A stretch of 64,000 bases of DNA, from NCBI RefSeq assembly GCF_009914755.1, contig NC_060927.1. One strand, 5' to 3'. The notes under the pieces are model-generated. The model worked only from the letters and a program-made list of their open reading frames with translations. It did not search any database and was not told the DNA's origin. This DNA comes from the human T2T-CHM13v2.0 reference genome, Homo sapiens. The translations under genes and the position numbers were made by a program. This document shows, piece by piece, positions 13,620-29,199 of the stretch (its first letter is position 1; every line of letters begins with the position of its first letter).

Positions 13620-14625
13620 TACCCTAATACCTTAACAGTTTGTTCTCAACTCAGTATCTAGAGTGACTCTTTACATAAATAAATCAAATCTCGCCACTTG
13701 TATTAGTCTGTTCTCATGCTGCTAATAAAGACTGGGTAATTTATAAAGAAAAAGAGGTTTAATGGACTCACAGTTCCACATGGCTGGGGAGGCCTCACGA
13801 TCATGGCAGAAGGCAGAGGAGCAAAGGCACTTCTTACATGGCAGCAGGCAAGAGAGTGTGTGCAGGGGAGCTGCCCTTTATAAAGTCATCAGATCGCATG
13901 AGACTTATTCACCATCATGAGAACAGCATGGGAAAAACCTGCCCCCATGATTCAATTACCTCCTACTAGGTCCCTCTCATGACACGTGGGGATTATGGAA
14001 GCTACATTTCAAGATGAGATTTGGGTGGGGACACAGCCAAGCAATATCACTACTTCTCTACCCAAAAATATTTCAGTGGCTAAGAACTCATTCAGAATAA
14101 AAACCAATGTCCTCACTATGACCTCTGAGGGCCTTTGCGACATGGCCACCCATTACCAATCTGTCCTCACTCCTGCCACTGGCTTCCTCCCTCACTCTAC
14201 TTCAACCACACTGACCAACTTGCTGTTCCTGAAGATCACTAGGCATGCTTTTTCCTCAGAGCCTTTGCACTGGCTGTCCCCTCTGTCTGCAATGCTCTTC
14301 CCCAAGATATCAGTATGATTTCCTACTTGACCTATTTCAAGTCTTTGCTCATTTGTAACTTTCTGAGTAAGGCCTGCTGTGACCATTCTATCTAAAATGG
14401 AAATCCCACTCTGCTGAAGCCATCTGGATCTCCCTTGCCTCCTTGCTCTAGTACCACTTGCTAACCTTCCATATGTGTCACTCCTTACTCTCCTTATTGT
14501 CTTTCTCCTTGACTAGAAAATAAGCACTACAAGGGCAACATTTTTGTGTGCTTTGTTTCCTGATATTTCTATCTAGAACTATGTCTAGTGTAGTAGATGC
14601 CAAACAAATGCTTGTTGAATTAATT
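13620..14625 (+). mobile_element. L2 3' fragment interrupted by a THE1 LTR
   Basis: CTCAGAGCCTTTGCACTGGCTG motif and an L2-type tail AAATGCTTGTTGAAT. Confidence 0.75.
13699..14049 (-). mobile_element. THE1 solo LTR (MaLR)
   Basis: TGTATTAGTC...ATATCA; 351 bp; TSD CCACT/CTACT. Confidence 0.92.
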
Positions 14626-15087
14626 GGACAGAGCTGAACAGAGAATGGAAGGTAGGAAGACTGCCTCGTCACACAACTCTGGGTGCACCCTTCACACTGT
14701 AATCCATGTGATGGCAGCTCCTGGAGTTGTGCAACTGCACAGGCTTCACAGCTGTGCGGCAACCCCAACAACCACCATGGAATTACTTTGTCAAAGAGTA
14801 TGAATCATTAAATAAAAATATTTTTTTTCTGGTAATGAAAAACTACAAAAGCATAAAAAGGAGAAAAAATCATCCCGAATTGTTCAACCTAGTGATAATA
14901 CCCCCATTAATATTTGCTGAACATTCTTCTAGACACTTCTGTACTGATATGTACACATATAAATCTTCATTTTGCGTGACATCATACCATAAATGCTATA
15001 CTAATATCTGTTTTTGTTTTTACTCAACAGTATATAACGATGAGCTCTCTGTATCAGTAAATATAAATCCGTATCATTTCTTTAAAC

Positions 15088-15311
15088 CAGGAATCTGCAA
15101 ATTAAGGCTCATAAGCCAAATCCACCTGTTTTTTTTTTTTTTGTAAACAAAGTTTTAGAGTGGAACACGATCATGCTGATTCCTTTATGTACTATCTATG
15201 GCCATTTCTGTGCTACAATGGCAGAATTGACTATTTCTGACAGAAACCATATGGCCCACAAATCTACAATATTTACTATCTATTCTTTTACAGAAGAGTT
15301 TGCCAGCCCTG
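15088..15311. mobile_element. MER58A (hAT-Charlie), within an old minus-strand L1ME fragment
   Basis: Ends TTTACAGAAGAGTTTGCCAGCCCTG; body resembles the consensus. Confidence 0.8.
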
Positions 15312-16149
15312 CTTTGTAGCTGAGTATTAAATGGTATGAAAATATTCTATTTGAATTATTCCTCTATTAGAACACATTTAGCTTGTTTCTATTTTTGTTG
15401 ATGAATAGGTCATATATATATATCTTTTGACTCATGTCCAGTGTATCACCTTAGGATAACTTCCTAGAAGTGGACTGGCTGGGCCAGACATGAACTCTGT
15501 AAACGTTCTTGATACACATGATTAAAATGCCCACAGCATGGAAACCTCATCTATTTCTGTGCCTTTGTATTTTCTTTGTGTAGTTTGGTTTTGTTTAGTT
15601 GGTTCAAGTAAAATTAGTTCCTTTTGAAAACGTTCAGCTTGTATGAACTCAACTAAAGGTATCAGGAATTTCCAACCACAACCTGGCCAGGAGTTTGCCA
15701 GAGGTCAAGAAAGCTCTTGTCCAGGTAGCTCCAAAGAGGCCAGGGATCTGGTGAGGAATGGAGAAGAGGAGAGGCTGAAAACTTAGAAGAGAGCAGCCAG
15801 GGACTGATGCAGGATCCTTTGAGCCTGCCGAAAGATCTGAACTCTGGGCCACAACTGTCCTTTTGACCCCATCCAGTTACTGGGAGTTTAACCATCCATG
15901 CTCCACACAACTGTAGCTTTTCTTCTCCTTCTGTCTACCTGTATCTCTGTCTCATTAGATTGCTCTGATTTTGTTATTGATTATCTAGGAAATAAATACA
16001 ACCAACTTTTTGCCTATTTCCAAATTGTTACGGCTGGTAGAAATAATCAGCATAAAATAAAACTGACAACAGATCATACCACACATGGCAACATTGCTAT
16101 TGATTAAAAGTGGACAGATGGCTCACATCATTTTAATAAAATTTATCCA

Positions 16150-16495
16150 ATTTTTATTTTTTGTTTTTGTTTTTTATTCTAGTAGCTTTAGGGATACAAG
16201 TGGTTTTTTGTTACATGGATGAATTGTATAGTGGTGAAGTATGAAATTTTAGTGCACCCATCACCTGAGTAGTGTATATTGTACCCAATACGTAGTTTTG
16301 TATCCCTCATGCCTCACCCACTTTCTCCCTCTTTTGATTCTCCGATGTCCACTATATAACTCTGAATGTCTTTGTATCCTTACAGCTTAGCTCCCACTTA
16401 TAACTGAGAACACACGGTATTTGGTTCTCCATTCTTAAGTTACTTCATTTAGAATGGCCTCCAGTTCCATCCAAGTTGCTGCAAAAGACATTTTC
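16150..16495 (-). mobile_element. L1PB 3' fragment
   Basis: TTACATGGATGAATTGTATAGTGGTGAAGT...GCACCCATCACC. Confidence 0.82.
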
Positions 16496-17875
16496 TTGAC
16501 AAAATTTAGACTTGCAAAATTTGATGTCAGGGAGATTTGGATTTGTAAAACAGAAGCAAAAATTGTGGCTGTTGAAACTAAATAAGGAAGAATTAATGTG
16601 GTACAAAAAACTGATCAATGAATCTGATTTGTGTAAAAACAATGAAAATAAGAAAAGAATTGCAGTGAAAAGAAATTTCGATGAAATAAAAATAAACACA
16701 GCAAACATGGAAACTGGCTTTGCTGCATGGTACAGAATACCAATCAAGGGATTAAATTGGCTTGACATTGTGCTGGAAAATATTTTCCTGATGAAAAGCC
16801 ACCTCTGTTGGGGATGAAATTTCTTTAAAGCCACAGCTAGACAAATAACTTTCTACTCATTACTGGACTTTTCTCATTAGCCAATTTTTCACAAGAATTT
16901 CGGGGTCTCTGAAATCACTAAAGCCCCAAGAAAAAGGAAAATGAAATCTCCTATCATTGCGCTGTGCAGAACCTGTTTTGCAAGCAAGTTACAGCCAATT
17001 TTAACACTTCTCACACTGACCTTACCATTTTTTAGAAGATAAAAAAATTCTGCACAGAAATTAAGTATTACGTACTTCTTTCTAACAATTCCAGGGAGGT
17101 AGACATTATTGTACCATTTCAAAGTCTTTTTATAGTGTACATTTAATAGCAAATAAGAGAATATTTTACAATTTGATTACATAATTTTACATGTGAGTTT
17201 TGTTGGGCTTATAGGCCGTATTATTTTTTACCCATCTACTATATTTCTTTAATAGGCTTCTGGTGAGGATTTTATAATGTTATGCTAGTTTGTCTTATTT
17301 TTATTAGAATATTCTTTTTATTGAAGATTTCCTATATCAAAAAAACAAAGGAGAAAAATAAAATATGAAAATTAGAAATCAGCCATGGCCTCTATGGAGT
17401 GCAGTCACCAATGTGCAAATACCAGAAGCAAAGTATTTTTATTTTTATTTTTATGGCTCCCGTGGTGACCTCATTTATAGACACTGTTCCCAAAGCTGAA
17501 TTATGTACGAAAGCAAATACGGGAGACAGGAAGCAGGAAAGGAAAAGTGCAAAATCAATAAAGCAACATCTCAAACACCGTGAATGATCCCCTTATTTTT
17601 TCCCCCTCATCAGGATTGACTCAAGGCCAGGGCTGCAAAATACTGAGAAAGACCAATTAAAAATTCTAAGCTGTCTGAAATGACTGTGGTCACACAGGTG
17701 AAATTTGGTTTTCTTAAGAGAAAAAAGAAATTGTTAGCTTCTTGAGGGCAGAAATATTGTAGTATCTCTATATTGCCCACTAGCTCTTATTGAATAAATG
17801 AATGGGTGAGAAAAAAATAATGCACAAATGAAAATCTGTCATTATTTAAATACTTGGGACTTGTCTAGTCTTACT

Positions 17876-19128
<1,253 letters not shown>

Positions 19129-19609
19129 GCCCTAACTTTAAGAGAATATTGGGTGGAAAATAAAACAACAAAATAATTTTTTAAAGAGTGACATGAAGGA
19201 TCACGGATGACTTTTATTTTCTTCTTTAAGCTACTCTGTATTTTTGGATTTTTTCCCCATGAATTATGTGCATAATTTTAAAAGACAGTGTTATTTTATT
19301 TATTTACCTATTTTATTCCTCTCATCTCCAATTTTGCCCTATCATTCATTTTGGTTCATCATCATATTTGTTCAGATAAGCCATTATCTGACATTTGTTC
19401 ATCCAAAGCTGATTAACCACCCTCCTATGCAAAGGACTGTTTTAGGAATTGAAGGAAAAAAAAAGAACAAGTAAATCTACTCCAAGCAATCAAAGGCATA
19501 GGTGACATAGATGCACACTTTTATTGTTATAAGGACTTCCAAATGTTATAGTAGCACAAAGATGACAAAAGATAAGATTATGTTAATTTATTCTTGTGTG
19601 TTTCCAGAA

Positions 19610-20180
19610 AATGGTGTGGAAATTTCTTTAAAAACTTAAAATGCACCTAATATAGACCTAGCCATTCAATTCCTGGGTGTTTACGCAAAAGAAATAAAAG
19701 CATACATCTACACAAAGACTTATACACTAATGTTAGTAGCAACTTTATTTGCAATAGCCCCAAACTGGAAATAGCCCAAATGCCCATCAGTAGAAGAATG
19801 GAAACACAAATTGTGGAAAATCCTTATTATGAAATACTACTCAGCAATAAAAAGGAAGAAACTATTGATACATGCAATGACATGGATGAATCTAAAAATA
19901 ATTATGAGGAATGAAAGAAACCACAGACCAAAGGGTGTATACTGTATGATTCCATTTACATAAACTTCTAGAAAGCTTGAACTAATTTATAGTGACAGAA
20001 AACAGATTAGTAGTTGAGGGTGGGGTGGGGAATGAATTACAACGAGATGATGGGAATGTTTCTTATCTTCACTGTTGTGATGGTTTCACAGTTGTATACA
20101 CATGTCAAAATTCAGCAAATTGTACAATTTAAATATGTGCAGTTTATGTACAATAATTATATTGCAATGAAGCTGTTAAA
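19610..20180 (+). mobile_element. L1ME 3' fragment
   Basis: CAAACTGGAAATAGCCCAAATG and GTCAAAATTCAGCAAATTGTAC motifs. Confidence 0.8.
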
Positions 20181-20509
20181 AGGATGGAAAAGAGAAAAAG
20201 TAAAACTGACAAGGCTGTGAATGGGCCTGAATGAGACCCATGGCATCCAATTTGTATCTTTGTTAACAACAGAGAACCATTTTGTGGGTCTGGGGTAGGG
20301 AGAAGAATCTGGTGACTTCCTAGACTTTAGAGTCTGTTACTGATAGGAGAAGCAGCCAGTGGAGAGGAGGACACTTGGGATGGACCTTCTTTGAACCTTG
20401 AGAAGAACATGCTTGGATGACAGACATATCAAGAAAACATGGGGCAGAGTCCCAGCACTTCCTCTTCTCATTGATTCTTTGCATTAAGCTAAAGTGACTT
20501 TAATCACTT

Positions 20510-22745
20510 ATTCAACAAACAAAAAGGTACCAAGACCTTTTAGTGGGGGAAAGAAGAGTCTCTTAATGGTGCTGCGACAACTGAATATCCACATGCAAAA
20601 GAATAAAGCCAAGCCCCTAGTTCATACTATATAAAAAGTTAACTCAAGATGAATCAATAAGCTAAATATAAAAGCCAAAACTCTACCTCTTAGAAGAAAA
20701 CATAGGTGTTAATCTTCATGACAGTGGATTTGGCAATAGATTATTACATATGACACCAAAAGAATAAAAAACAAAACTAGATATATTGTCAAAACTTAAA
20801 CATTTTATGCATCAAAGGAAGGACATTACCAAGAAAATAAAAATCCAGCCTACAAAATGGGTGAAAATATTTGTGAATCATATCTTTCATAAGGATCTAG
20901 TATTGGGAACATACATATAAACAACTTTTAACAACTACAAAAAAACAAACAATCCAAATAAAAAATGAGCAAAGGACTGAATAGATATTTCTATAAAGAA
21001 TATATACAATGGCAAACATGTTTTACAAATGTTCAATATCATTAGTCATAAGGGAAATGCAAATAAAAGCCACAATAAAGTATCACTTCACAGCCTCTAG
21101 AATGGCTACACTTTTTTAAAAATGGCAAATAACAACTGCTGGTGAGAAATTAGAACTTGTACATTGCTGGTTGTAATGTAATATGGTTCAGCTGCTGTGG
21201 AAAACGGTAAGGCAATCTCTCAAATGATTAAACATAGAATTACCATATGACCCTTAAGTTCACTTCTGTGTGGATACCCAAAAGAATTAAAAATAAGAAC
21301 TCAATAAAAAATAATAGATGCTGGTGAGGTTGCGGGGAAAAGGGAACACTTATACACCGTTGGTGGGAGTGTAAATTAGTTCAACCATTATGAAAAGCGG
21401 TATGGCAATTCCTCAAACAGCTAAAAGCAGAACTACCATTCGACCCAGCAATCCTATTACTGGGTATATACCCAGAGGAATATAAATCACTCTACCATAA
21501 AGACACATGTACACAAATGTTCACTGTGGCACTATTTGCAATAGTAAAGACAAGGAATCAACCTAAATGCTCATCAATGACAAACTGGATAAAGCAAATG
21601 TGGTACATATACATTATCGAATACTATGTAGCCATAAAAAAGGAACAAGATCATGTCTTTTGCAGGAACGTGGATGGAGCTGGAGGCCATTATCCTCAGC
21701 AAACTAACGCAGGAACAGAAAACCAAATACTGCATATTCTCACTTATACGTGGGAGCTAAATGATGAGAACTTATGAATACAAAGAAAGAAAGAATAGGC
21801 ACTGGGGTCCACTTGATGGGGGAGGGTGGGAGGAAAGAGAGGAGCAGAAAAGGTAACTATTGGGTACTGGGCTTAATTCCTGGGTGATGAAATAATCTGT
21901 AAAACAAACACCCCCATGACATGAGTTTATCTATATAACAAACCTTCACATGTATGCCCAAACCTAAAATAAAAGTGTAAAAAAAAGAAAATAGAGACTC
22001 AAGTACATGTGCACACGTTTATAGCAGCACTGCTGACAATAACCAAAAGGTAGAAACACCCCAAATGTCCAGCAGGGGGAATGGATAAACAATGTGGTAT
22101 ATTCATAGAATGGAATATTATTCAACCATAAAAAGGAATAAAGTAGGCCAGGCGTGGTGGCTCATGCCTGTAATCCCAGCACTTTGGGAGGCCAAGGCGG
22201 GTGGATCGCGAGGTCAGGAGATCGAGACCATCCTGGCTAACACAGTGAAACCCCATCTCTACTAAAAATATAAAAAATTAGCTGGGCTGATGGCGGGCGC
22301 CTATAGTCCCAGCTACTGGGGAGGCTGAAGCAGGAGAAGGGTGTGAACCCGGGAGGTGAGATCACACCACCGCACTCCAGCCTGGGTGACAGAGCAAGAC
22401 TCCGTCTCAAAAAAAAAAAAAAAAAAAAAGGAATGAAGTATTTGATACATGCTACAATGTATGCTAAGTGAACAAAACATACTAAGTGAAAGCAGACAAA
22501 AGTTCACATACTATATTATTCCATTTATATGAAATATCCAGAAAAGGTAAGAATGCATATTGGTGGTTTCCAGTGATTGCAGGTGTAGTGGGATGGGGAA
22601 AAATTGCTTAAAGGTATTTTTACTTCAGAATGATGAAAACATTTTAGAACTAGATACAGGTGCTGTTTGTATGACATTATGAATGTACTTACTGCTACTT
22701 TAAAATGGTTAATTTTGTTATGTTAATTTCACCTCAACAAATTAT
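20510..22745 (+). mobile_element. L1MB 3' portion with a nested L1PA fragment (~21305-21987) and AluY (22146-22428)
   Basis: ORF2 C-terminal remnants; nested insertions have A tails and TSDs (AAAAGGAAT(A/G)AAGTA around the Alu). Confidence 0.85.
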
Positions 22746-22819
22746 TTTTTCAAAAGATTCTCCATATTCTAAACAAATCAGATCTGTTCTGTGTAAACCA
22801 CTGCAATCTAAGAAAAGAG

Positions 22820-23075
22820 CGTGGAGTGTGGTGGGATTGAAGTTTAAGTGACAGACATAGGAATTTAGGGTGGTAGTTAAACTGGGGGTCTTTGCAGCCA
22901 GACCCCTGCCTCTGTAGCTAACTAGCTCTGTGACATTAGGCAAGATATTTTATAAGTATTTGTGTTCTCATTTATAAAAAATAAGAACAATATCTAATCT
23001 CACTAGGGTGTTGTAAGGATTAAATGGGGTAAGCTACTTGATGCAATTTTGTACAGAGCCTGAAACATGGTAAAT
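22820..23075 (+). mobile_element. MIR
   Basis: ACTAGCTCTGTGACATTAGGCAAG and GTTGTAAGGATTAAATG core motifs. Confidence 0.7.
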
Positions 23076-23189
23076 TTTAGCTCAACCTATTCTAAGTGAA
23101 TTTTTTTCTCCCTCAAAGTTTAAGTTGTCCATTTCACATTATAGTCCTAGCTATAGCTTTTATAAAGCCCAGTCAAAAATATTTCTATA

Positions 23190-26100
23190 GCAAGGTGGCT
23201 GACTAGAAGCCCTTAGTGCTTGTCTCCATCACAGATGCCAGAATGACTAAAAAAAAACACTACAAATGAGAGTAACTGAAGGAGAGTTCCAGAGAAAATC
23301 AGAGGAATAGCAGGAATGCTGATGAGCACAGAAACAGAACAGCCACATACAGAATGGAAAGAAATGCCAGGCCTTCACCACTCCATCCCCAAATTGAGAT
23401 CAGCTGGGAACAAAGAGGAACTTCTCCATACAGTGAGGAGGTAAGCAAGAGGATCCCGGCAACCCCTATCAACACCTTGGACACCCACAGAACTCACCAC
23501 TGCAAAGGTTCCCTGCAGTCTCCTCACAGGCACTATCTAAGCCCAGCTGAAGGAGCTGTCTAGAGCCCGCAAAGCTGTGTTCCCTCCAGAGAAGGTGCTA
23601 ACACTATGTTCCCCTCTGTGGCCCACATGGCTACTGTGCTATAACATCTCGCAGCTAGACCTACAGCTGGAGTGTGTCTTGCTCAGGGGGCAAGTAGTCA
23701 CAGGTCCCCTTCATCACTGAGGCTAAACTGCCACCAAAACACCCCCAGCCTAGGGACTGATCATCCCCAAGGTGAGCTGTAAGCCCGTTACACCCTTCTC
23801 CGTGGGGCCAAGTGGAGGTGGAGCTGATCCACCTACTCTTCCCCTGACCCCTCAGGCCAGATCTGAAACAGTACCCTGCCTCCTAGAAAACAATACCTTA
23901 GTCACTTTGAGCAGTCTTGCCTCCTTGTGCCTAAGTTGAAGCAGTGCCCTGTATCCCAGAAAATGGTGTCTGGGTCACCTGGGGAATCAGTGCCCTGGCC
24001 AAGCTGAGCAGCTGTTCACCCCACAGCTAAACTGCTGTAGTACCTTGCATCCCAGAGAAACAGAACAGTGGCTGAACTGAGACCATGTGCCCTACAGGCC
24101 AGACAACTCTAGTACCGTAATTTCCTGGAGAGCTGGACTAGCCCTCTAGAGCTGGAACTGCTGAGACACCCCTCTCCTTGGGAAGTAAAATCATCACGGT
24201 GCTGTTTCCTGCCTAACAGGGCCCAAAGGACAGCTGTGCTCCAGTGTTCAGGGTACTTGCTACTGCTGCACCTGGCCTCAGAGAGTCTGGGATACTGCTG
24301 ACTCCACCATCTCAAGGTCTAGAGTCACTACTACTACTACAACTACAATGGGACCCACATTGCCACTGATCCCTACTGGCTTAGGTTCCTGAATTGCAGC
24401 ACTATCCTGCTCCCTAGGCCCAAATATCCAGAGCACCCTTTCTTCTCCAGAGTTGGTCCAGTGCCATTCCCTGGCCCCTAAAGATAGAATCACAGCTACA
24501 ACCCAAATCTCTGGGCCCAAGCTGCTAGGGGGTACCTCAGAGTCACAGATCCTGGCTCTTTGGGCAACCTGCATTCAACCTCACCACAGAGAACAAACAA
24601 GCACCCCAAGATCCAAGTGCCACAAAAAGTTCATGAGACCTTGAGCCTAGGACCCCAGCACCATAGCCATTAGGAGCACCTGAAGCTGGAACCAAGCACT
24701 GCTATAGCTGCTTACAGGCCATGTCAGACCTGACTCCAAAAGGGATACTCTATAGTCTAAATCTCCCCAGTGTATGGAAAATGAGAATAAAGAAACCCCC
24801 CAAAGCCTTTGACACGGAGGCTATTAACAACCTATGCCACCACCACCACAAACTTTTATGGCCTAAGAAACTGAGGTACCCACAGCTACTGCTGATGTTG
24901 AATGCAGCCAAAGAAGGTGCATGAGGCCATACCACTGCACCTATCTTGAAACAGAATCACTACACCCTTCTCAACTGGCACATGAAAACTCAGATGCAGA
25001 TGAGTCTTTCTCTACAAAAGCAAGAGAAAAGCATTAAGTCACATATAAGGGAATCTCCATTAGGCTAGCAGTGGATTTCTCTGCAGAAATCTTATAGGCC
25101 AGGAGAAAATGAGACGATATATTCAAAGTGCTAAAAGAAAAAAATTTTCAGTCGAGAATACTATTCCCAGCAAAACAATCTTCAGAAATGAGGGAGAAAT
25201 AAAGTCTTTCTCAGATAAGCAGAAACTGAGGGAGTCCATCACAACTAGACCAGCCTTACAAGAAATGCTCGGCCAGGTGCAGTGGCTCACACCTGTAATC
25301 CTGGCACTTTGAAAGGCTGAGGCAGGTGGATCACGAGGTCAGGAGTTCAAGATCAGCCTGGCCAAGATGGTGAAACCCCATCTCTACTAAAAATACAAAA
25401 AAATTAGCCAGGTGTGGTGGTGGCTGCCTGTAATCCCAGCTACTTGGGAGGCTGAGGCAGGGAACTGCTTGAACCCAGGAGGCGGAGATTGCATGCAGGG
25501 AGCCGAGAATGCACCACTGCACTCCAGCCTGGGCAACAGCGAAACTCTGTCTCAATAATAATAAAAAAGAAATGCTCAAGGAAGTCCTACATCTGGAAGT
25601 AAAAAGATGATAATCACTATTATAAAGACACAAGTATAAAGATCACTGGTAGAGCAGATATACAAAGGGAAAAGGAAAAATAATCAAACCTTATCACTAT
25701 AGAAAACTACCAAACTGCAATGATAAACCATAAGACAGAAAGAAATGAACAAACGATATACAAAACAACCAGAAAATAATTAACAAAATGACAGGAGGAA
25801 GTCCTCACCTATCAATAATAACTTGAATGTAAACAGATTAAATTCCTCACATAAAAGATTTAGGCTAGCAGAATGGATTTTAAAAAATGACCCAACTGTA
25901 TGCTGCCTGCAAGTAACTGACTTCACCTGTAAAGACACTTGTGTGATTACATAGACTGAAAGTGAAGGAATAGAAAAAAAAATTCCATGTAAACAAAAAC
26001 CAAAAGTGAGTTAGAGTAGCTATACCTATCAAATCAAACCGACTTTAAGTCAAAAACTGCAAAAAGAGATAAAAAGGTCATTATGTAATGATAAAGGGTC

Positions 26101-29100
26101 CAATTGAGCCAGAGGATATAACAATTGTGAATATATATGCACCCAACGTCAGAGCACCCAGATATATAAAAACCAATTATTATTAAATCTAAAGGGAGAG
26201 AGAGACTTCAATATAGTAATAGTTGGGGACTTCAACACTCACTCTCTGCATTGGACAGATACATATACAGAAATCAACGAAGAAACATTAAATCTGAAAT
26301 GAATTTGAGACCAGACAGACCTAACAGACATTTCTAGAACATTTCATCCAACAGCTGCAGAATACACATTCTTTCCATCAGTACATTCAGCACTTGGAAC
26401 ATCCTTGAGGACAGACCACATGTTCATCCACAAAATAAGTTTCAACAAATTTAAAAGAACTGAAATCATGGCAAGTATCTTCTCTTACCACAGTGGAATA
26501 GAACTAGAAATCAATAACAAGAGAAACTTTTGAAATTATACAAATACATGGAAATTAAACAGCATGCTCCTGAATGACAAGTAGGCCAATAAAAGAATTA
26601 AGAAGATAATTTAAAAATTTCTGGAAACAAATGAAAATAGCAACATTTGAAAACCTATGGGATACAACAAAAGCCATATTAAGAGGGCAACTTATAGCAA
26701 TAAATACCTATATCTGAAAAATAGAAAATAAAAAAACTAATGATGCATCTCAAGGAACTAGAAAAGTAAGGGCAAACCAGAACCAAAATTAGTAGAAGAA
26801 AAAAAAATAAAGATCAGAGCAGAAATAAAATGGAGACTACAAAAATACAAAAGATTGACAAAAGAAAAAAGTTGGTTTTGTGAAAAGATAAAATTGGCAA
26901 ACTGTTAGCTACACAAACCAAGAATAAAAGAGAAAAAGACCCAAATAAAATCAGAAATGAAAAAGGAGACATTACAACTCCTAGAAATACAAAGGAAATA
27001 CAAAGGATCATTAGAGATATTCTGAACAACTACACACCAAAAAATTAGAAAACCTAGCAGAAAGAAATAGACAAATTCCTGGACACATAAAACCTACCAA
27101 GACTGAACCAATAAGAAATAGAAAACCTGAACAGACCAATTATGAGTAACAAGATTGAATCTGTAATAAAAAGCCTCCCATCAAATAACTGAGAAACTGA
27201 GGGCTTAACTGCGGAATTCTACCACACATTTAAATACATAATAGCAATTCTTCTCAAACTCTTCCAGAAAATTGAAGAGAATTCTTCAAAGTTTATTCTA
27301 TGAGGTCAGCATTACTCTGATACCAAATCCAGACAAGGACACAACAAAAAAATGAAACATCTCTGATGAACATAAATGCAAAAACCTCAACCAAATACTA
27401 ACAAACTGAATCCAGCAGCACATTAAAAAGATCATTCCCCATGACCAAGTGGGATTTATCCCAGGGATGCAAGGGATTCATCATGGTAGAGCAGATATAC
27501 AAAGGAGAAAGGAAGAATAATCAAACCTTATCACTACAGGAAAATACTAAACTGCAATGATAAACAATAAGACAAAGAAATGAACAAAGGATATACAAAA
27601 CAACCAGAAAATAATTATCAAAATGACAGGATGGTTCAACGTATGCAAACCAACTTAAATATGATACATCACATTGACAGAGTGAAGAACAAAAATCATT
27701 TGATTATCTCAATAGATGCAGAAAAAGCATTTGATAAAATTCAACAGGGCTTCATGATAAAAAATCCACAACTCAGATGTAAAAGGAACATATCTGAACA
27801 CAATAAAGGCCATATATGACAAACCCACAGCCAACATCATACTGAACAGAGAAAAGTTCAAAGCTTTTCCTCTAAGATCTGGAACAGACAGACAAGAATA
27901 TCCACTTTCACAACTTTTATTCAGCATAGTACCAGAAGTCCTAGCCAGAGCAATTAGGCAAGAGAAAAAAATAAAGGGCATCCACATTGATAAGGAAGAA
28001 GTCAAATTGTCCTTGTTCGCAGATGACATTATCTTATACATACAAAACCCTAAAAACTCCACCAAAAAACTTTTAGAAATGATAAATGAATTCTGTAAAT
28101 TTGCAGTACACAAAATTAATATATGAAAACCAGTAGAATTTCTATGCACCAACAACAAGCCAGCAGGAAAAAATAATCAAGAAAGCAATCCCATTTATAA
28201 TAATAGGTACAAAAAATAAAATATCTAAGAATAAATTTAACCAATGATGTAAAAGACCTCTATAAGGAAAACTATAAAAAACTTATGAAATAAAGAAGAC
28301 ACAAAAAAGTAGAAAGACACCCCATGTTCATGGATTGGAAGAATTAATATTGTTAAAATGACCATCTGCCAAAAGTGATCTACAGATTTCATGCAATCCC
28401 TGTGAAAATGCCAAAGACTTCATAGAAATTAGGAAAAAACAATCCTAAAATTCTATGGAACCACAAAAGACTCCAAGTAGCCAAAGCAATCCTGAGCAAA
28501 AAGAATAAAGCTGAAGGCATCACACTAGTGAAATTCAAAATATACTGCAAAGCTATAGTAACCAAAACACCATGGCATATTGAAGAGATCTCTGCACTCT
28601 CATGTTTATTGCAGTACTATTCACAATATCCAAGATTTGGAACCAATCTAACTATCCATCAGCAGATGAATAGATAAAGGAAATGTGGTACATCTACACA
28701 ATGGAGTACTACTAAGCCATAAAAGGATGAGATCCTGTCATCTGCAACAACGTGGATGGAACCAAGAACATTATGTTAAATGAAATAAACCAGGCACAGA
28801 AAGACAAATAAATGTCTTTATTCTCACTCATATGTGGGAGCCAAAATAATTGATCTCATGGAGGTAAAGAGTAGAACAGTAGTTAACAGAAGCTATAGAG
28901 AGTGAGTGTTGGGGTTGGGGGGTGGGGATTAGGGAGATTGTTTATTGGTTACAAAAATACAGTTAGAAGGAATAAGTTCTAGTGTTTGACAGCACAGTAG
29001 GGTGACTATAGTTAACAATAATTTATTGTGTAGTTCCAAATAGGTAGATTAGGAATGCTCCCCTCACAAAGAAATGATAAATGTTTGAGGTGATGGATAT

Positions 29101-29199
29101 CCCAATTAACCTGATTTGATCACCACACATTGTACGGAAGTATCAAATTGTCACATGTATCCCATAAATATGCATAATTATTATGTATTCATAAAAAAA
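23190..29199 (+). mobile_element. End-to-end but internally deleted L1MA element (5'UTR, partial ORF1, ORF2, 3'UTR) with AluS at 25271-25568
   Basis: Starts AAGGTGGCTGACTAGA; ~1.8-kb GC-richer 5'UTR; ORF1 C-terminus (FRNEGEIKSFSDKQKLRESITTRPALQEML); RT TTCGCAGATGAC (FADD); L1MA4-like tail. Confidence 0.88.

Noticed and set aside
16445-17152. Overlapping 87-129-aa ORFs in AT-rich DNA
   Set aside because: Non-ATG starts, compositional bias, no recognisable family or splice structure.
25109-28570. Functional L1 ORF1/ORF2 or a domesticated reverse transcriptase
   Set aside because: Many stops and frameshifts, an Alu insertion, an insertion in the RT domain and large deletions.
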